Assembly: GCA_050253335.1 (NCBI GenBank)
Contig: JBFWJG010000026.1
Coordinates: 17,877-33,667, forward strand
Reading direction: 5' to 3'
DNA: 15,791 bases
Source of the DNA: Deferribacterales bacterium
Lineage (GTDB): Bacteria; Chrysiogenota; Deferribacteres; Deferribacterales; Geovibrionaceae
The position numbers and the translations under genes are program-made. Of this stretch, positions 1 through 7,269 are shown piece after piece. The notes under the pieces were generated by a model. The model was not told where the DNA came from, did no database searches, and saw nothing but the letters and a program-made list of their open reading frames with translations. How positions within the stretch are numbered: position 1 is the first letter of the stretch; every line of letters begins with the position of its first letter.

Positions 1-40
1 GGAAGTAAAAAGGGTAACCTTTTAAACAGTAAAAACCTAC

Positions 41-46
41 AGGAGG
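41..46 (+). promoter_or_regulatory. Shine-Dalgarno site of the porin-like gene
   Basis: AGGAGG at 41-46, 7 nt upstream of the ATG at 54. Confidence 0.85.
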
Positions 47-53
47 AAAAAGA

Positions 54-1307
54 ATGAGAAAACTTTTAGTAGTTCTCATGGTGGTGGCTTTTGCCGCTAC
101 GGCATTCGCTGCTGACGTTAAACTCAGCGGTTACATGGAAGTAAAAGGTATCTACGTTGAAAACGGTGGTATCAACGAAGACTCACTTGGTGAGAAATCA
201 TGGTGGGAGCAGGACGGTAACGTTCAGGCTAAATTCATCGTTGACAAAGGCACAGCCTTCACAGTAAGAGGCGATTTCCATGATGGTACTTGGGGCGATC
301 CCGAAATGAAAGCCAAAACAACCGGTGACGGCGAAGCTGGCTTCACTATCCAGAGAGCTTTCCTTGAGCACGACTTCGGTAAAGCAGCTATCCATGCTGG
401 TCTTATGGCTACAGGCGGCTGGGGTACAGCTTTCGGTAACAACGTTGAAGGTAACTACAGAGTTAAACTTATAGTTCCTGTTGCAACCGGTAAACTTACT
501 TTCCAGACAACTAAAAACTACGAAGCTGGCGATTACGAAGTTGAAGATTCTGAAAAAGATGATAACGATGGTTACGGCGTTGACTTCGTAGGCAAAACCG
601 GCGCTTTCACTTACGGTGCTAACCTTACTTACGCTAATAACTCTTATGTAACAAACAGCGGCGGCGTTCAGTATCCTAGTACTGTTAATAACAGTGATGG
701 TACTCAGCAGATTAAACTTGAAGTTATGCTTAAGGGCGACCTTGGCATGTTCGGCTTCGAGTCTGAATTTGCTTATGCTGATGTAACAAGCGACATACTT
801 GTTTCCGAGTCTGCTACTGCTAGTCAGGACTACAGCCTTTTCGGTGCATATGTTAACGGTTTTGCTAAACTTGGCAAAACAACTGCGGGTCTTGTGTTCC
901 TTTACGGTTCCACTGACGAAGATGCTAACAAAGGTTACGCTTTTGCTGACGACTTCGATACTACTTACATAGTTGACGAACTTGGCGGCAACGCTCTTGC
1001 ACCCGGAAAAGGACATGATGACCTTACTGGTTACACTGCTTTCAAACTGTATGCTGACTATGCTCACAGCGATGCTCTTACTCTTGGTGCAGCTTTCGTT
1101 TACGCATTCTCCAACTGGGATGATGCTGATTATGAAGACATTAACCTGTACGAACTTGATGCGTATGTTTCATACCAGATCAACAAAGCTCTTAACTACA
1201 CAGTTAAAGCAGCTTACCTTCAGGTTAACGAAATCGATTCAGGCTCTGCTCAGTACGATGCAGACCCCATCTACTATGCTTCTCACATGCTTAGCGTAGC
1301 TTTCTAA
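54..1307 (+). CDS. Outer-membrane beta-barrel protein, probable major porin (417 aa)
   Basis: Signal peptide MRKLLVVLMVVAFAATAFA followed by ADVKLSG. Alternating aromatic/hydrophobic beta-strand patterns and a C-terminal Phe (HMLSVAF, BAM-type signal). Acidic loops. Strongly biased codons (GCT, TTC, AAC, TAC, GGT), a perfect SD and its own terminator suggest high expression. The exact family is not identifiable by eye. Confidence 0.8.
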   Translation: MRKLLVVLMVVAFAATAFAADVKLSGYMEVKGIYVENGGINEDSLGEKSWWEQDGNVQAKFIVDKGTAFTVRGDFHDGTWGDPEMKAKTTGDGEAGFTIQRAFLEHDFGKAAIHAGLMATGGWGTAFGNNVEGNYRVKLIVPVATGKLTFQTTKNYEAGDYEVEDSEKDDNDGYGVDFVGKTGAFTYGANLTYANNSYVTNSGGVQYPSTVNNSDGTQQIKLEVMLKGDLGMFGFESEFAYADVTSDILVSESATASQDYSLFGAYVNGFAKLGKTTAGLVFLYGSTDEDANKGYAFADDFDTTYIVDELGGNALAPGKGHDDLTGYTAFKLYADYAHSDALTLGAAFVYAFSNWDDADYEDINLYELDAYVSYQINKALNYTVKAAYLQVNEIDSGSAQYDADPIYYASHMLSVAF

Positions 1308-1343
1308 TCTATACTGAACTGAGAAAAGCTTAAAAAATACCAG

Positions 1344-1374
1344 AGCCCGCCGGATTTGTCCGGCGGGCTTTTTT
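1344..1374 (+). terminator. Rho-independent terminator of the porin-like gene
   Basis: Perfect 11-bp GC-rich stem AGCCCGCCGGA/TCCGGCGGGCT with a TTTG loop, running into a T tract (1369-1374), about 36 nt after the stop codon. Confidence 0.93.
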
Positions 1375-1388
1375 CGTTTCCCCTCATA

Positions 1389-1966
1389 CTGAAAGTTGCT
1401 TTATCTTGAGACTCTTCGCTTCCGCTCAGAGTGACAGCGTTCGTTGCGTCATTCTGAACGCAGTGAAGAATCCCTAATCCGCTCCGTTGCGTCATTCTGA
1501 GGCACAGCCGAAGAATCTCTTAATCACTTTAACCATTTCGCACGGCGCGGCTCCTTCAGTGGAGCTGAGGAAATGTCCGTTCTGAAGGTTGCTTTATCTT
1601 GAGACTCTTCGCATTCGCTCAGAGTGACGGTGTGCATTGCGTCATTCTGAACGCAGTAAAAAATCTCTAAACTGCTCCGATGTGTCATTCTGAGGCACAG
1701 CCTAAGAATTCCTCAATCACTTTAACCATTTCGCGCGGCGCGGCCCCTTCAGTGGAGCTGAGGAAATGTCCGTTCTGAAGGTTGCTTTATCTTGAGACTC
1801 TTCGCATTCGCTCAGAGTGACGGTGTGCATTGCGTCATTCTGAACGCAGTGAAGAATCTCAGGGTGTAGTCCGGTCTGAACCTCGCTTTATCTTGAGACT
1901 CTTCGCATCCGCTCAGAGTGACGGTGTTAATTGCGTCATTCTGAACGCAGTGAAGAATCACTAATC
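1389..1966. repeat. Composite tandem array of REP/dRS3-like palindromic elements (BIME/NIME-like mosaic)
   Basis: Units start at 1389, 1582, 1775 and 1876 (periods 193, 193, 101 bp). There are ten 25-28-bp elements. Minus-strand copies (GAGACTCTTCGC..GCTCAGAGTGAC) lie at 1408-1435, 1601-1628, 1794-1821 and 1895-1922. Plus-strand copies (GTCATTCTGA..GAAGAATC) lie at 1448-1472, 1491-1517, 1641-1665, 1684-1710, 1834-1858 and 1935-1959. Confidence 0.92.
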
Positions 1967-2078
1967 CTGTTCCCATTTGCCTGAATAAATGAGTCCTTCT
2001 TTTTCCCGCCGTTGTTTATCACCATTTTCAGTTGTATAAACGTAGTTTATGGGCTAAAAATTAAGTATTGCTTATTCC

Positions 2079-2083
2079 GGAGG
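2079..2083 (+). promoter_or_regulatory. Shine-Dalgarno site of the export gene
   Basis: GGAGG just upstream of the ATG at 2088. Confidence 0.7.
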
Positions 2084-2087
2084 AACC

Positions 2088-5000
2088 ATGACAGCCAGAC
2101 TTTTAAAATCATTTGTTTTTATATTCATAGCTCTAGTTTGTTTCTCAAAGGTTTATGCACTTGATATGGCTGATGTCAGCCCTGAAACACTCGAAATTAT
2201 GCGCAACAACCCCGGTCTTCTTGAAAAGTATCAGGATGAACTTAATTCATCCAAAACAGGAAAAGAAAACAGAACCGGAAGCCAGAACGCATCTGACAGA
2301 AACAGCAGGATTCAGGATAAGCAGCTTCCCAAAAATCTTGATAACCTGACTGAAGAGGATTACAGGCGTTATCCTCATCTCCGCAGTCTTCCGAAATATG
2401 ACAACGGCACAGCTTTTCCCGTGCAGGACAACGCGACTGCGGTTTTCCCTCCCAAGCCCGCAGTTCCCGATCCTTTTGTCAAAAAACAGCTCAGGTACAT
2501 GAGTGACAATGAAACAAAAACAATAGGCGTATTCGGGTTTGTGAAATACCCCAATAAATACAAAGTAGACAAAACATTCAACATACTTGACTCCGTCGCC
2601 GAAGCGGGCGGTCCCCTTGAGCTTGAGAAGCTTCAGAAAATATCCGTCTACCGCAGGGGTGCGGAAGTGGCGGACTTCACATACACCCCCAAGAACACAT
2701 ACCGCATGTCCCAGTATACGCTTCAGGATAATGATACTGTAATTCTTGAAGGCAGATACGAGGAACCGCAGGATAATAAGACCGAGGAAATTCTTCCACT
2801 TGAGATTTTCGGCCATAATATATTCAACAGCACGGAGAACTTTGTTCCCGACCAGAACGCTATTAATTTTTCCGAATATGTCCTCGGCCCCGGCGACAGG
2901 CTTCAGGTTTACATCTGGGGAAGGATAACAAAAACGCTCAGCCTGCCTGTTAACGCAGACGGTTCTGTTATCTCTCAGGAGACAGGCAGAGTGCAGGTCT
3001 CCGGCAAGCGTTTTGAGGAGATTCAGTACACCATAAAAGGGATACTTGAAAGCATGGAAGGGGTTTACGCCGAAGTGCTTGTGGAAAATGTCCGCAGCAT
3101 CCGCGTACTTGTTCTTGGTGAGGTTGCCCGTCCGGGGTATTACACCGTCAGCAGTTTTAACAATATTTCAAGTGCGATTGTCATGGCAGGCGGTCTGACA
3201 GAGAGAGCCAATATCAGAAATGTTCAGGTCAAAAACGGCGGCGGCACAGTCGGAAACATAGATTTTTACAACCTTATAATACACGGCGACAGTTCAGGGG
3301 ATTTCCTTCTTAGCCCGGGAGACACGGTTTTTGTTCCCAGAACCGCAATGCGCGTTACCCTTGAAGGCAAGGTGAGAACCCCCGCTATATACGACCTGAA
3401 AAACGGGGAAAGTCTGGCGGATCTGATCCGTTTTGCCGGCGGGATCGAGGCAAGCGGCTATAAGAAGAATATTTTCCTGAGAAGCTTCACTGATGACGGA
3501 AAAGTTGTCACAAAATCATATGTTTACGGCACAAGCCTGAAAAACGCTAAGCTCAAGGACGGCGACAGGGTTTTTGTTATGGAGTCCGATATTCCTGATT
3601 CGAACTCAGTTGAGCTGAAAGGGAATGTTTATTTCACAGGAATGTATTCCATTGAAAAAGGCGCCAGACTCTCAGACATACTGAACAGCAAGGATATGCT
3701 GAAACGGAACACAGCCCTTGAGTACGGGTTTATTGAACGCTACACCGGCGAAGGTAAAACAAAGCAGATCATCGGCTTTGATCTGGGTGAGGTTCTTAGA
3801 AACCCGCAGAATCACGAAAACAATGTTGAAGTGCAGGCTATGGACGTTATAAATATCCTTACTTCGGAAGAGGTGAGGGCGCAGCATTTTGTAAGTGTCT
3901 CCGGAGAGGTTAACGCCGCCGGCAAGTACAAGATGCCCGAAATAGCGAATGTCATGGATGCGATAATGAAGGCCGGAGGCTTTGCGATTGACGGTTCAAC
4001 GGAGAGTATAGAAGTCGTCCGGAAAATAGGCGGCAAGTTTTACACAAGATTCATTGACGCGCAGACAGCGAGAAAGCTGGAACTCAATCCGGATGACAGC
4101 ATTGTGGTGCATTCAAAATATGCCGATTCTCCGAAAGGCTACATTGAGGTGGACGGAGAGGTGAACAATGCCGGCTCCTTCCTTCTGAGCGAGAATCTCA
4201 CAGTGAGCGAGCTGATAAAGAAGGCGGGCGGACTGAAAAAAGAAGCATATAAAGACATTGCACACCTTTTCCGCATAAAGGATGAAAGCTTTAACTACGC
4301 TCTCACGAGGATATCCCTCTCTGAGGCGATGAGCGGTAATCCGGAGAGCAATCTTATCCTCAGGGACGGAGACAAGCTTTTTGTGCACTCCGTGTTTGAG
4401 TTTAATCCTAAAAAGACAATAAGCATAAACGGCGCTGTCAATGTGCCCGGCAAATACATATATGCCGCTGATATGAATATCAAAGATCTCATAATCTCAG
4501 CCGGAAACCTGAAAGACAACGCATATTATGACTCTGCGGAGATAGTCCGCATGAACATTGTGGACGGAGTCACCAAATACAGCGTTGTTGATGTGAACCT
4601 TAATGAGGTGATGAAAGACCGATATAATGTCAGGCTTCAGCCGTATGATCAGGTTTACATAAAAGAAGTTTCCGGATTCAGGGAAGGAATGCTTGTGAAA
4701 ATCACCGGAGAAGTTCTTTTCCCGGGGGAATACGCAATCACAAAAGGAGAGCGGATCTCAAGCGTTCTTAAAAGAGCGGGCGGCGTTACTGACTACGCGT
4801 ATGTGAACGGAATGAAGTTTATACGCCAGTCAGTAAAAATGATTGAAGAGGAAAACCTGAAGGAAATGAAAATAAGGCTGGAAAGCATGGTCACATCTAT
4901 GTCTTCCCAGCAGATAGCGTCATCGCTTTCCGCACAGGATATTGCCGCGAACGAGAGCCTTTCAAAAAATCTTGAGAACACTATCAAAAAGCTGGATGAA

Positions 5001-5459
5001 ATTGAACCGGAAGGAAGAGTGGTGATAGATGCTGAAAGCATAGACGAACTCGCCAGAAGCACCTATGACTTTGAACTTGAAAGCGGAGATGAGATACACG
5101 TTCCTGCGAGAAAATCCACCATTACTGTTGTCGGTGAGGTTTTCAGAGCCACAAGCTTCGCCTATGACATAAGCAGGAGCACCGTTTCGGATTATCTCAA
5201 CCGTTCCGGCGGAATGACGGAAATAGCTGATAAAAATAATGTATATGTAGTGCGGGCGAACGGCAGCGTCGTTTCCAACCAGTATGTGAAGAACAACTTC
5301 TGGTGGAAGGATATTTATGATGTGAAGCTGAATGCCGGAGATGTTGTCGTTGTTCCGAGAAAGCTCAAGTTCCCCAGTTATATGAGAGATATAAAAGACG
5401 TTACCCAGATACTCTACCAGATAGCGACAACCTTTGCCGTAACCAAGCTCATGTTTTAG
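2088..5459 (+). CDS. Large polysaccharide export protein, Poly_export plus multiple SLBB domains (Wza/KpsD/OtnA-like, 1123 aa)
   Basis: Signal peptide with a likely SPase I site (VYA|LD). Poly_export motif EYVLGPGDRLQVYIWG. About nine SLBB-like repeats of the form VxVxGEVxxPG...AGG...LxxGDxxxVP. C-terminal amphipathic helix (IKDVTQILYQIATT) typical of OPX proteins. Confidence 0.9.
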   Translation: MTARLLKSFVFIFIALVCFSKVYALDMADVSPETLEIMRNNPGLLEKYQDELNSSKTGKENRTGSQNASDRNSRIQDKQLPKNLDNLTEEDYRRYPHLRSLPKYDNGTAFPVQDNATAVFPPKPAVPDPFVKKQLRYMSDNETKTIGVFGFVKYPNKYKVDKTFNILDSVAEAGGPLELEKLQKISVYRRGAEVADFTYTPKNTYRMSQYTLQDNDTVILEGRYEEPQDNKTEEILPLEIFGHNIFNSTENFVPDQNAINFSEYVLGPGDRLQVYIWGRITKTLSLPVNADGSVISQETGRVQVSGKRFEEIQYTIKGILESMEGVYAEVLVENVRSIRVLVLGEVARPGYYTVSSFNNISSAIVMAGGLTERANIRNVQVKNGGGTVGNIDFYNLIIHGDSSGDFLLSPGDTVFVPRTAMRVTLEGKVRTPAIYDLKNGESLADLIRFAGGIEASGYKKNIFLRSFTDDGKVVTKSYVYGTSLKNAKLKDGDRVFVMESDIPDSNSVELKGNVYFTGMYSIEKGARLSDILNSKDMLKRNTALEYGFIERYTGEGKTKQIIGFDLGEVLRNPQNHENNVEVQAMDVINILTSEEVRAQHFVSVSGEVNAAGKYKMPEIANVMDAIMKAGGFAIDGSTESIEVVRKIGGKFYTRFIDAQTARKLELNPDDSIVVHSKYADSPKGYIEVDGEVNNAGSFLLSENLTVSELIKKAGGLKKEAYKDIAHLFRIKDESFNYALTRISLSEAMSGNPESNLILRDGDKLFVHSVFEFNPKKTISINGAVNVPGKYIYAADMNIKDLIISAGNLKDNAYYDSAEIVRMNIVDGVTKYSVVDVNLNEVMKDRYNVRLQPYDQVYIKEVSGFREGMLVKITGEVLFPGEYAITKGERISSVLKRAGGVTDYAYVNGMKFIRQSVKMIEEENLKEMKIRLESMVTSMSSQQIASSLSAQDIAANESLSKNLENTIKKLDEIEPEGRVVIDAESIDELARSTYDFELESGDEIHVPARKSTITVVGEVFRATSFAYDISRSTVSDYLNRSGGMTEIADKNNVYVVRANGSVVSNQYVKNNFWWKDIYDVKLNAGDVVVVPRKLKFPSYMRDIKDVTQILYQIATTFAVTKLMF

Positions 5460-5468
5460 GAAGGTATT

Positions 5469-6995
5469 ATGAAAAAAACAGCCCTGCTTCTTGCCGCAGT
5501 CATAATTTCAGCATCCCTGCCCGCTTACGCCGCAGGGAGGTACGCCACGTCTGATATACCGCTTACAAACAGGTATTTCTACCGTCTGGCTGAAAGAAGT
5601 ATGGCTATTGAACCCAGCATACACTTCACAGACAATTTTAAGCCCGTGTCCGTGCGGGAGGCAGAGGTTCTGTTTAACAACAGTGAGGAGATGCGCGATC
5701 TTTTCGGGAATACCGCAGGGACAGAGGAGCTTGCCGCAAAGGCAGGAAAATACTACAGCGGTGAAGAATTCAGCGGAAAAGGCTTTAAGCTTATACCCGT
5801 CAGGGAAATCAGCCTGAAAAACAGATATGTTTCAGATGAGGGGATGAGTGTCGAAGGGGATTTCGGTGAGGATATAGGGGACGATGTTTTCAATAGGGTG
5901 AGCCTAAGCGGCAGTCTTTATCTGACAAGCTTCTTCTCCGCCGACTATACCTTGGGGGTCTACAGGAATTCCGAGGAAACTGAAGTGGAAGCCGAGAGGG
6001 CAAAGATTAAGCTCGCCGGAAAACACAATGCATACATCGGCGCTATAGATAATCTTCAGATAGGTCCCGGCTATTTCGGACAGCTTATAATCGGTGATAA
6101 CATCCGTCCGCAGAAGTTCGCGATGATAAAGACAGAAATCCCTTACAGCTGGGGTTTTCTCGGTCAGTTCAGGTATTATGTTTTCAATTTCTGGTTTGAT
6201 GATGACGACAGGAAAAATGAAGATCCGCAGCTTCTGGGGATAAGGTTTTCTCTCAAGCCCGCTGACTGGCTTGAACTCGCGGTGACCAGAACAAGCTTTT
6301 ACGGCGGAAGCGAGATGCCCTCCTACGGCGTGTCAGATTATTGGGATATGCTCACCGCAAAGGATGAAAACAGCGAAACCGAACATGACACAGACCAGTT
6401 TCTGGGCGCAGAGATGTCTGTTTATCTCCCTTTTCTCAAAAAAAGCGGAATACTCAGAGGCGGCAAGTTTTATGTGGAGTACAACTGGAATGATATAATC
6501 GCTCCGTGGCAGTCCGAAGACAGCGGAAAAAACCTTAAACTTCTTGGTGAGTCATATATTTATGGTCTTCTCCTCACCACAGGAAAAACAGATATAAGGT
6601 TTGAAACTGCGCGTATAAGCAGTGAGACATATCTTCACGAAAATTACAGACCAGAAGGCTATAGCGTTGAGAACTATATAATCGGGCATCAGCTCGGAAG
6701 AGACAACGAAGGTTATTATTTCGAAATATACACAGAGTTTAACGAATTCTTCCATCCGTATTTCAAGGCTTCCTACATAACAAAAGGGACAAGAGACAGC
6801 ATTGTCAGACAGAAAGAACAGCAGTACTCCGCCGGAGCGGAACTGTTCATAGGGGAAAACCTTGAAGTAAACACTTTTGTCCGCTGGATTCATCAGGACA
6901 AAAAAGACATGGACGAGAGGTTGTTTTATTATGATTTTTCAGGCAGTTCAGAGGAAAATTATATTGCGGGGCTCGATCTGAAATATACATTCTGA
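5469..6995 (+). CDS. Capsule assembly Wzi-family outer-membrane beta-barrel (508 aa)
   Basis: Signal peptide. The segment IGPGYFGQLIIGDNIRP resembles the Wzi-family WGPG..GxLxLSxNAxP motif, and RFSLKPADWLELAVTRT also fits that family. C-terminal LKYTF barrel signal. Lies 9 nt downstream of the export gene. Confidence 0.75.
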   Translation: MKKTALLLAAVIISASLPAYAAGRYATSDIPLTNRYFYRLAERSMAIEPSIHFTDNFKPVSVREAEVLFNNSEEMRDLFGNTAGTEELAAKAGKYYSGEEFSGKGFKLIPVREISLKNRYVSDEGMSVEGDFGEDIGDDVFNRVSLSGSLYLTSFFSADYTLGVYRNSEETEVEAERAKIKLAGKHNAYIGAIDNLQIGPGYFGQLIIGDNIRPQKFAMIKTEIPYSWGFLGQFRYYVFNFWFDDDDRKNEDPQLLGIRFSLKPADWLELAVTRTSFYGGSEMPSYGVSDYWDMLTAKDENSETEHDTDQFLGAEMSVYLPFLKKSGILRGGKFYVEYNWNDIIAPWQSEDSGKNLKLLGESYIYGLLLTTGKTDIRFETARISSETYLHENYRPEGYSVENYIIGHQLGRDNEGYYFEIYTEFNEFFHPYFKASYITKGTRDSIVRQKEQQYSAGAELFIGENLEVNTFVRWIHQDKKDMDERLFYYDFSGSSEENYIAGLDLKYTF

Positions 6996-7154
6996 TTGAT
7001 CTGCTGTTAAATTTATGCCATAAGCCGCATATGAACCAGCGCTTTTAACTACTTCTCCCTGATCTCAGTTATGCAAAATTTGTAAAATGGTAATATTTAC
7101 TTTTAGTATCTTAAAAATAAATGTATATACTGAGAAAAGTTATGAGTAAGCTAA

Positions 7155-7238
7155 ATGTCAACAAAGTTGTTTTGTGAAAAGGATATAAAGATATGCGTTA
7201 TGGGGTTTGGATATGTCGGTCTGCTCCTAACGGTATAG
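7155..7238 (+). pseudogene. N-terminal relic of a UDP-sugar 6-dehydrogenase (WbpO/TviB/WecC family)
   Basis: ATG at 7155 gives MSTKLFCEKDIKICVMGFGYVGLLLTV*. This matches the family Rossmann motif KIxVxGLGYVGLPLAVE; the intact WecC in this window reads KVCVVGLGYIGLP. Similarity stops at TAG 7236-7238. Confidence 0.75.
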
Positions 7239-7269
7239 TTGCTTTATCTATTTAGAATGCATTTTTGTA

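Noticed and set aside
198..1067. 289-aa antisense ORF inside the porin gene
   Set aside because: Shadow ORF expected from strong codon bias on the sense strand (few TTA/CTA/TCA codons). The Ser/Val/Phe-rich product has no motifs.
1304..1495. 63-aa minus-strand ORF
   Set aside because: It is a translation of the repeat elements and the terminator (ILHCVQND, VTLSGSEES) and has no protein-like features.
1526..1595. Integron attC or Xer dif site in the linker (TTTAAC...GTT)
   Set aside because: It does not fit the RYYYAAC/GTTRRRY pairing or the dif XerC/XerD arms, and there are no cassette ORFs or integrase.
1448..1959. TIGR-like or box C/D guide array (CTGA...TGAAGA resembles boxes D and C)
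   Set aside because: There is no regular unidirectional short period, no unique spacer pairs and no Nop-domain gene nearby. The motifs are fully explained by the hairpin stem plus GA/GA mismatch.
1389..1966. CRISPR array
   Set aside because: Elements occur in both orientations, the intervening sequences are themselves repeated and of very unequal length (12 to ~80 nt), and there are no cas genes in the window.
1967..2087. ops/JUMPstart element ahead of the polysaccharide genes
   Set aside because: I found no GGCGGTAG motif here or in 6996-7643 on the coding strand.
7060..7135. Specific sigma-70 promoter call (TAAAAT 7083, TG-G-TAATAT 7088, TATACT 7126)
   Set aside because: Several -10-like hexamers occur in very AT-rich DNA with no convincing -35. 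A promoter is plausible here but cannot be placed.
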